NCBI GenBank assembly: GCA_965285935.1
Contig: OZ260662.1
Span: 69,564,001 to 69,628,000 of the forward strand
DNA length: 64,000 nucleotides
Direction of reading: 5' to 3'
Source of the DNA: Ophelia neglecta
Taxonomy: Eukaryota
This document shows, one piece after another, positions 53,613 to 64,000 of this stretch (the first letter of the stretch is position 1; each line of letters opens with the position of its first letter). The notes under the pieces are model-generated. The model was not told the DNA's origin, searched no databases, and saw only the letters and a list, made by a program, of their open reading frames with translations. Both the position numbers and the translations under genes were made by a program.

Positions 53613-56600
53613 ATAACTTCTTACTGGTTGATATTATCGCTGCAGCTAGAATATTGTCCGACTTGAATCTAAATTTAAGTCTTTTATCCATATATACTTG
53701 TGTTCTGTAAATGATAAGGCCTAACACTAACAGGGTCTATAAGATCTGAGACCCTCAGGTTAAGAGACTAACATTGACATATCTATTATCAGTCCGTGCC
53801 AGCTATGAGTCTTTGAAATGTCAGACGTTGAAATATGAATCTTTGATAAGATCAATAGGCGATAATTTGATCATACCACTTACTGGTTTTGGAATAGTTC
53901 CACATTGCTGGAAAGGACCGGACGTAATGTGTAGTGTTCTGGTGTGACCTTGACGTGTCATATAAATGTGTCGATACCCGATTGGCACGAAATCGAATTT
54001 TAATTAAGCACAATCTAACTATTATACGTTATATAACCCACGAGCAGGGGGTAAAGGGTCAACAGTATGATGGCGATACTATATGATATCAACACCATGT
54101 GTCATAGCCTGATGAATATCTAAATAAGTTAACACTATTATTATAAACTACCATTATCAATAACAGCCTGTACTTGGCCGTTCACACGTTGAATTGAGAT
54201 AACCCTACTTTATAGAACAATTAACTATTCGGCCATTTAACTTGGGATTGGGGTTGACTGACTTTGAAGCTGGTAATTATTGATTTATTACTCTATAAAC
54301 CGACAACCGTGGTCACCTTTGCCCATATAAACAGAACATAGACTGATTACTATCTGTGATGTATATAATCATTTAGGTGTATGTATATGTATACATATAT
54401 ATACATATATATGTGTGTCAACTGACACCCATATAACTTATCTAATGTCTAGGCCCTTAGTGTTTGTCCGACGAGACCTACTTTAATGTAACTGCCATTT
54501 GTTTTATTAAGTGCTGGTTTATATTCATATATTCTCGGGTTCGGCCATCTTCTGTCAATTGTATAATAAAACCATTATACTTAACATCATGCCAAAGTAA
54601 ATAAGTTTGGAAAAACTTAAAAACAATATAGATAGTTTTCCCAAATTTCTTCTGCAATTGAAACTAGAGAAGGTTCTATCGTATACCCTACTCTATCGTA
54701 TACTCTTCTCAATTTCAGGTATGTAGTGTATGAAATTGATGCGGATGACATTTTGCATAGAATAAATCCTTCTTGACATATATAGCATACTTGGTTGTAG
54801 GCTTATATATTAAATAAAGCGAAAGTGTAAATTATATATTAAACAAATATGTGACCCAAAGACTATTAAATATATCGAATCAAAGTACGATGACCACGAT
54901 TGACAATCCGGCCAGCCGGTGTCTATGGAGAGCAAATATATTAAACAGAGAGACTAGTTACCATTATATCCAGGAATATGTGCTTGTTAATAATTCCAGT
55001 TTCCTGAACAATAATGTCCTATACTATTGTATCATTCCTTCATGACCATATGATGCATATCATTATTATATCCCTTGTCGTTGTGCCCCTTTCGTTCCAC
55101 GATAGGCACACGTAAGGAATATCCGGTAAGAACGGTCTCTAATAAAGGTAGGCCTAAAATATCTAAAAACTAAGGACTGTGGTATTACGGGTATTGTACT
55201 CATTTGCCGGCATAGTTCGTATAAGATCATGTCAACCCTTTGTTTGTTTTGTCCCTGCAGTGGTTTTCGATCCGCTACACCCATCTACTAAGTTAAACTT
55301 AACGTTCTCGATAGTATTCCGCTATATGTAAGCCCGATACGTAGGCAGGCTACTTGCCAGGATTCCTGGCTTTAAATAAGCTTAGGTTACAGGCAAAAAA
55401 GCAGACGGAAAGGTTGATCGAGGAAACCCGAGTTGTATTATATTTGGCGACTTTGAGCTACTATGACAGTTCAAAACTTCGGCGTGTACTTTCATTAATT
55501 CAGTAAATTCAAGTCCGTTACTACTTTTCCAAGAAACGTTTCGTGCAGTGAGTTACCCAACACCCTGCTCTCAGTCGCGTACAATGAAAAGAACAAATCG
55601 TAGGCCGGGGCTAGAAAATAAACCAGTAGAAAAACTAATATTGTAAAACACTAGCAACCAATCTTAATCTCAATTTTCACTACGTTATTTTTAGGCATTG
55701 CTCAATTGCTGTTATCACTATATCACTGCACTGACTACTGGAGTACAATACTCTTATCCACAATGTTTCAAATCTTGACAGCAGACTGGTTGTACAAAAA
55801 AGACAGCTATGCTGAACATGACTGCTGTCAAAATTAACAGTTAATGGTTTGGTTTTAAGAACAACAACCAAAAGAGTGAAACAAATTTACAAGGTAAGAA
55901 ATCAACAAGATAGTGTAAAAAAAATTCTGAGGGCAAGCAAGGTAACTTTAAGTTCAGATATGGTATACATGTTTTGAAGGAAAAGAAGCATTGCCAAAAC
56001 CATTTTGTAGCAAGTTGTCTTACCAACTGTACAAGCGGTGTGCCGTGGTGTTTAAAAAGCTCTAGTGAAGATCAGGCCGAATATTCATTACAAAGGAAAA
56101 TTGGTATAATATTAATGAAAAAGTATTCGAATGAATTCGGGTCAATTCGCAATCAATTCGAATTAAACTCATGGGTATAAGAAATAACTAATTGTTTGTG
56201 AATCATATCCGGTTGAATACAACTTTCATTCGGGGTTGTATACCGACCGAGAGTAAGTACTCAGCGAGGTTCTTTGACCTTAGGTTCAACAGACCAAACC
56301 GCTTGTCTGTGTTTTATGATGGGCAAGTTTCGGCTCCGTAAGTATACTCATCGCTGGACTAAACTCAGCGAAGTCCCTGATAACAAAATGTTGCTGGCGG
56401 GATGAGTGGTCAGAGGGAGCTCATATCTGAGAGGGCACATTATGGACTGATGAAAAATATAGTAGCACACTGAGGACACATGCTGGCATCTGCAGCTGGT
56501 GTGTTGAGTCAAATTTTCAAAATGATCAGTTACGTATTCGCCCTTCCAGTAATTGGTTTATCCCGGCGCATTAGTTTCATTACAGTTTATTTTGACCGAG

Positions 56601-57143
56601 AAACGGGCCTAAGCTATTATTTTTTGTATTTACTCGATCCAAGAGCTGACATGCATTAAGTCGCAGTTTAGTGACCATAATCTAACAATGTGCAGCGTTA
56701 AATGTATAAAAAAAAATACAAGGGAAATTCATAAGGTGTACACCGCCTTTGTACAACTTACAGGACGGCGTGTTAAGCTTTACTCAGTTGGAAGAAAACC
56801 AGGAGTGACCCAGTTTTCAACCAAATTAATCAATTATTCAAAACGGACAACCAGTGCTCTGTGTTGCTTACGAGCTGCAAGGATTGCGTAATAATTCGGA
56901 AGGATTATGTTTTTTTATCTAAGTATTTGTTTACCTATTTGATTTACAAGAACAGCTTAATTTCATTAATTGTATCTTAGTACTTGAAGCTTTAGTCATT
57001 TAATTTTGCCTTTATTTTAGTTACTAATTTTTAATTCTAGTCACCTATAATAATTTATCATTATATTCATTTCATATCATATCGCATCAGTGTAAATTGT
57101 GAATAGCCATTATAATGAGAAAATGAGTGCTCAATAAATTTGG

Positions 57144-57180
57144 ATAATGATAATAATAATGATAATAATAATAATAATAT
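57144..57180. repeat. (AAT/GAT)n microsatellite, possibly the 3' tail of an L2/CR1-type LINE or SINE
   Basis: The tract ataatgataataataatgataataataataataat follows tgtaaa...gagtgctcaataaat, a layout typical of L2-type 3' ends. Confidence 0.6.
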
Positions 57181-60100
57181 TAATTATACTGATCATAAAC
57201 TAAAGGCACACATCGAGCATTATCAGACATCAACATAATATATTTGCCAAGAGTAATCAAGATTCTATACATATAGTTAGATCGTCTGCTCGAGAAGCAG
57301 CCATGTTACCTACCATCGGTAAAAGCTCTTCTCAGGTATAGTGGGCACATTCGATACTTTGACTCCCCCCTTTACAACTCGCAGATTTTGAGTGAACAAA
57401 ATCAATATGCCGACCAAGATAGTGCCACAGAATGCCATGTGCCCCTCTCAAAGAATATGAAGTCCACCTGACGGACTGTGCACGTGGATGACTAAAGTTT
57501 TCACCTGCGAGAGAGGTACGCCTGGCATTTCCTCGGCCATCATGACTCAGTGCAGATCACCTCGCGGCTGTATACGTTCTGCACAAGCCCAGTCGAAGAT
57601 ATCTTTATAGATACTTGAACCAGCAGTATTCCTTGTACTCCGAATATAAATAATTGAAAGATACCTATCTATAGGCACTTATCCCGCAAGCAGGTGGCCC
57701 ATTGAAATTTATTGATTGGGAATTTCATAGCATTACTTTCCCGATGAGAAAAGACGACACTGGGGTGAAACTATTTTATGAAGTGGACAAAATGACGTTT
57801 AGTCTTTTGGCGGACTGATTTTCCAGTGTAACGTAGTGCAGCAAAATCAAAGTTACGACTGAGAGAGCATGTGTAAATGTATCAAGTGACTGCCAATTGA
57901 ATTGTTATCTTTAGAAACTTTCTCCCCTAGAAGATGGAGAGTTACTATTGCGAAATGCCGGCTGCCTAGACGTGTTAGCATTGCCAGCTGATTCTTGGAG
58001 ATAAGTTCAAGGAAAGCAATGTAAAAAACGCCCTCGTGCCAATCGCAACATTCTGAGTGGAGAAAACAAAGTCTTATACCGGCCAGGTGATATATTAGCT
58101 CGGTGAAAGGTTCAAATCACAATCGACGAAACAAAGCCAGCCGAGAAGGTCTAACATCCCTACTGTATGAGAACTTGTATCTCTTTGTTCAATGATAACA
58201 AGAACGGAAATGTCACATACCATGTGTCTTTCAGCGACTTGCACAATAATCATCACTTACTCAATCCTTTGTATAAAACCGTATTAATGCCCTGCAAATG
58301 ATTTCTTGATAATAATTATAGTGCAGTGAATGAATTGGCTCCTGGAAGATGAACAGTAAGAGTAGACATTAGATGTAGATTGGCTTGTAGATAAAAAGAA
58401 AATGTCAGGTAAGTCTGACAATAATCTTCATGTCCATCCCCAACCGACAGCACCAGCACCGCGTGTGTCCCCAAATAGTTAAAACGGATGCAGTATTGTT
58501 CATATCCCGTCCGTGTCAAGGTACACAGTAAATTATACGTTATAGTAAGCCATAATGCCAAAATTACATATACCGGTAGTATTAAACTTCTATATCTTAG
58601 GGCACTTAGAGACAGGCACATAGCTTATTGATTGATTGCTGTGTTTATTTTCCTCGAATTGATGAGAGAAACGTTCAAATAATTACACAAACACACACAC
58701 ATAAAGATTATTTAATGCAATACCATTATAGTATTTAACTATCAACAATTGCATCAAATCCATTTATCATATAACATAACAATGTATGCACACAAACCTA
58801 TAACTGTTTGCTTTATTCTATTATTTAAGTCCAACGGATTCGGTGCAGGCTATGTGAAAATTGAGGCGGTGTGTTCGCTTTAAGATGGTAACCACTGCCT
58901 CACCCGGCCCGGTATGCGCTGTAGGTAGATTTCAGAAGACTTAAATTAGCCTAACCAGCAAACAAACGACAAACCTTGGCAGGGATACAACTAGCCGTCG
59001 TTTAAACACAATATCACATGCGATGGCTTAAATGCTGGCAAATTGTTGCTACCATTACTAACTGAACAAGTTCAGAAGCTCACCTTTGCTTACCGACTGT
59101 AGAGTATCAGACGGTCACTTCTTGTATATAACTGTTTCCCTTAACCTCCCTTTGGAAATATGTAAACAACATTGTATGTTCAGCTCCTTCCAAAATAAGT
59201 AGCCGAATGATATTCACTCAAATTTGGTGGGTCTAAGAATATTTCCACACTTTAAGGTGGTCCACAGGTGTGCAGTGGGAGGGGATTGTGGCTAATATGG
59301 CGCCGGAAGACATGAAAGCAGCCCATGTGTCTTCTTAGCCAGAGGAAACCGCCTATTTTCAATTAAATAGTATTCAATTAGCCCATGCGTGGACCAACAG
59401 GGCGACGCGGCGCTGTAGCTCCAACAGGTGCATGCGAGGGTATAACCCTGTCCTTAACATCCTGGGAAATCAGTCACCCTCAGCCGATATCCGTGGGATG
59501 TATTCAAATTAGTCAAAAACTCCTTTACACCGGACATTAGTCAATGGAGAGGCACATCTGTTCCGCCATGTACGTAAACACTATGCATTAGGAGAACCAT
59601 TAAGCTATTGAATACATCACGTAAACCATGAACTCGATTCGATAAGTGACCCAGTAAAAAAGTTGACAATTACCTACCAAAATATAACCAGGGGCCTGTT
59701 TAAAGGTAACAGGAAAATCTAGTATAATATAAAGCAGTAAACTGCTTGAAACGAAATGAATTCGACTGCCATGTTGACAGGTAATAAATCATACAGTACC
59801 AAGACGGTGTATAATATGTAAATTTGTCTCCGATTACCATAAAGTATTACACCCCGGCTTTCAAAACCAACAATTAATTTGTCACCATGAACGATAGGCT
59901 GAATATGTTACAACTTTCACCTACCTTTAACTAGCAGACGACAATTGACCGAGTGAATATTAACTAGCATGTTTTATGGGAACTTCTTTTCTGCGTCCTC
60001 CGTGTGAACAGTATTCATTCACCGGTTCTTCGTCTCCTCACGCAATCTTGCCTGTGATTCACGAATATCACTCACACTTGGATGATAAGAATCCACCAAC

Positions 60101-62754
60101 AATCGGGGGTCTTTTACACATTTTAAACAATGACAGAGCATGAGTACAGGGCATTTGTCTGAGACGATATAGGTAGCCATAAGCACAAAACCCAACACAA
60201 AGTAGTTTCATTCATTCGTCAGGTCATACCTGCTGGCATTCTGGCGGTCTTTGTAAGCAAACTGCATGTTGTCATGAATTCATACAGGGTCATACGAAGA
60301 AATTTAAACCACATGGAGTCATATAGTAAAATAACCATATTTTGACAATAGTAATAAATACACCACATGGTTTGCATATGGCATTTACAATATGTCCATT
60401 GTTGGAACAGGTCTAACTCTAAAGCAGGTAACCATCAAGTATGCCAAGTCGTTCTTAGTTAAATAGTATACAGGGATAATACTTTTTTTCTCTTTAAAAC
60501 ATGAAACAAATAACCCCTGTCGGTCACTTTTGGCTTTAGAAATACTATTCGAGGCAGAATTTCAAAACTATCAATGCCCAACAATAAATTTGGCCACTTA
60601 TACTAGTGCTTACTTTGAATCAGTAAGAATTATACTCGGTTTTCAAATTGGATTTATGACTATGTAATTCTTGGCCTGTGGCATGCTCAGTTTCAATATT
60701 ATACTTTGTGCTTGTGTCAGGTTATAAGGACATCGTTCTATAGGCCTATGGCTTAATGAAAATGTCCAAAATGTCATCGGGACGTGGAATAATAATATAT
60801 TTATATAAGCCTATAGTTCAACCAATATATGTATTCCGTAATAGTGGTATACCATAAGGAAAACATTCAATGTTTGGCTATATGCAAATGTCAAAGATTC
60901 ATCGTGACCTAAAATATACTAAATATATACATGTAGTTCAGTTAAGGACCGATACTTTATTATAACAGGCCCGTCCGATTTACTTAAATTCAGAGAATGA
61001 ACAGCCAGTATCGACAGTTGCCCATGAAAATAGGGGGTAAATATTTCGAGGTCATGCAACTAAAGCAATCTCATAATGAAGCATCGTTAATCCACACTAT
61101 GGACGAGAATACAGTACATTCCATAGTAGATGTCCTGTTTTTGACACTTACATTTTGTACATATTATTGTAGTAAAGGTGCCATTGGCCCAGGGAAATGA
61201 AAAATGATCTACTAATAATAATTAATTTTTACACCTGTTCCTCATTGGTTGCAGCCCCACATACATGTAGGACATCGTATAGAATGGTGGTGCTATACAA
61301 TAGAAGCCTTCGAGAATTGTCCGCAGGGTGGGGGTGGGGGTAAGTTGGGGAAAGGGGTTACTTTTCCCCAGAACAGGCCTTCATCAGATAAAATAATGGG
61401 ATTTGACCTCCCCCCCCACCTCCCCTATAACTCGCCCAATTCAAGAAAAACAATTGCATGGCTAATATAACTATTTGATATTATAATTAAGGTCACATCA
61501 CACTGAAAAAGACACCATTCAGTTTTGTTCGTTTGTCAAAATTAACAGCAATGGCACCTGGAGTCCTGGACCAATTTATGCCCAGGACCATATTGTCCCG
61601 GATTCGCAAGCAGACAGACAGATGCACACACAAACGCACACATGACAAGGACTGAAGGCCTACACCTTTGCCATGCACATGTCAAACATATATAGTCACC
61701 ACACTGTGTACCCCATAACCCGATACCATCATCGGCGGAAATAGTTTAGGTTGAGGTTGTTTAAGTCTAAGTCAACAGCATAAACAAAGGACAAACAAGA
61801 AAAGGAAGCAGCACTCATTTCAATATATGCGGTGAGAATTTTCGGATATTATTTATCAAACAAAGCTTCATCTTCCTACTATAAAATGAGTAAACACATT
61901 CTGTGCACTGAATGAACGTCAGGGTGGCTGCTTAGTCACAGACAGTAAGGTAGATAAGGACATGTATACAAGCAATGATCTACCACTTCCGAATCTGATT
62001 TAGTTTTATCGAATAACTAAGCATATAAAAAATTAAAATAATTATAGCCGACAGAAAATATATTTCACTATTTAAAGTACAGATGTTATTTCAATCTGAA
62101 AAATTCGAAGTACATATTATCAAGGCTACAGTTTAGATTTTATTACATCATGTGTGGTTTGTTACCTGGGACTACTTTTCTTGTCCTGTTGTGCTTAGCC
62201 ATAAATGTCTTCTAAATTAATCTCGTTTACCATCGAACACGATTATGTGAGGTACAGCCCAATCCGATTATATAAAAGGACACGGGTAACATGCTTTTAA
62301 GCAGCAAAGATTCTAACTGACTTTTATCCTATCCTTTAACGCTAGAATAAATGGTAAATTGGTCAGTACACCTTCAGACAATCAATCTGGCTTCGTCTGA
62401 ATAAAAGCATTCTAAATTTTCCCTGATTTATTAGTATTCTATAACGGATGTAACCATAGTTTGTCCTTCTTAAATCATTTTCCCATTCTAATCGGTTTTA
62501 GAACCGGATGATACGGGAAAAATGATTAATTTGTAATAATATCTAAAATCACACAGCGATTGTTTCCATGGATATCACTGTTGATGAATATGGTGTTAAA
62601 CCAATATGAACTATTCGATTGGTTTTTGTAGGCAGTGAATTGATTTATGAGTTTTGGCTTTCTACATCTGTTCCTTTTCAATACATTACATAGCCCTTCT
62701 TTATGTATCCCACACCGGCTTAAATATAATGGGTACCCCCGGGAGTGTCTCCTC

Positions 62755-62965
62755 CGACTAATTTTCCTAACTACAACCCCAAACAGGGAGTCTCCAGTTC
62801 TTGCAACTCTAGTAGTATAAGTCCTCCGGCGTCGAAACCCTAGTATATTATAGGGATTCGGTTACCAAATCCTGATCATTACTTTTCCCGGTTTCAAAAT
62901 ACCGGTATATTTCGTCCCCGGGGTCTTATTACCTTAGGATAAATAAGGATATTTGGGATTTAACG
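62755..62965 (+). repeat. Dispersed repeat family C, copy 2
   Basis: It is collinear with 51420-51630 (caaaataccggtatatt at 62895, cccggggtcttatta at 62917). Confidence 0.75.
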
Positions 62966-63756
62966 ACACATAAGCACCACGTGGGCCATATTACTTATAA
63001 ACTTTAGGCTTTAAGTCCAGGAGATTTTATAGCCAGGGGACCCAATGTAAAATCTTTGTTTTCACCGGTCATGAAAAGCGGCACTTTTTTGGATACTACT
63101 TATCTCCTGGAAGCCTTTCTGAAGGACATTTAGCCTGAACAATTTATGATATTAGTCTAGACGACTACAATAATTAATGTATAACAATAACTAGTCTGGG
63201 AGTAAATCAAACAATGGTTCCATATTAGATGTAACAGATGTCCTGGTTAAATAATATCCTGGTAGAACAATGGACTGATTGATTATGTAGAAAGTCCAAC
63301 CTTTCTGAACAAACAGCTATAATTCATGGAATATGTGATAAAATCACAGGATGCTGAAACATGAAAAACAACCGGAGCAAAGGGAGGCTGCCCGTTATTC
63401 CACGAGGTTTATCATAACCTACTGGACCTCCCTGTGGCATTATTTATTATTGCTCTAGATAACCCGCTGTTTAATGTGAAAAACATATATGAAAGTGTAA
63501 ACCCGGCAGAAGAATAAGGTTTCTATTTTAGACAATCCCCCCATATGCAAAATAAATGTTAAATATTCATGCGCATATGCATACATGTTTTGTGAAGGAG
63601 AATGTCATATTCTTAATGTACTTTGTGGAAAAAATATTCATATCAAGGTAAGAATAATTTACTTAGTATAATTGCAGTAAAGTACGATAAAATCAGTCCA
63701 GTATTAGAGCATAAAATATAACCTAGGCCTATATGTTCCCTTACAAAGGAATCCAG

Positions 63757-63785
63757 ATTAATTAATTAATTAATTAATTAATTAA
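63757..63785. repeat. (ATTA)7 self-complementary microsatellite
   Basis: The sequence is attaattaattaattaattaattaattaa. Confidence 0.9.
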
Positions 63786-64000
63786 GCCAGTTAAAGCTCC
63801 AAGCGATGTTTATTTGACCGTAAGTAGTAATATCATTAGGATAAATTAGCCTGTTGTCTAAGACAATCTCAGCCACAGTAGTAGTGTAATTAATGACCAT
63901 AACTGGAGGTCAGTAGTGTTAATTCAATGTTGTACGCGAAGTAGTGGTTATCACATAGCTCAAGGTATCCTAAGGATTTTATATACACTGTATATAATTA

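Noticed and set aside
32-61678. Remaining 60-120 aa ORFs as genes or a nested operon-like system
   Set aside because: Many use non-ATG starts, their composition looks random, and they show no domains or exon structure. This is the expected background in non-coding DNA.

Overview
This is AT-rich eukaryotic (animal, invertebrate-type) genomic DNA that is almost entirely non-coding. It has no operons, rRNA, tRNA or CRISPR. The only convincing coding sequence is a 675-nt minus-strand exon (49019-48345). It encodes the N-terminus and first transmembrane cluster (M1, about TM1-5) of a membrane adenylyl cyclase that closely matches Drosophila Rutabaga (Ca2+/calmodulin-responsive, ADCY1-like), and it ends at a canonical CAG|GTGAGT phase-0 donor. 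I could not find the next exon by eye, so 1-48344 is probably part of one very large intron and 49020-64000 is 5'UTR/upstream sequence. The non-coding DNA contains five TA-flanked Tc1/mariner/pogo-type MITEs (two form a close inverted pair), a 37-bp minisatellite, a second dispersed repeat family (3 copies), many long poly-G/poly-C runs, several hairpins (one made of two CRE-like sites) and numerous very decayed non-LTR retrotransposon RT relics. The other short ORFs in the track look spurious. I found no clearly new biological system. The best leads are possible cis-regulation or RNA structure in the cyclase intron: CRE clusters, GLI motifs carried by MITEs, and the inverted MITE pair as a dsRNA source.
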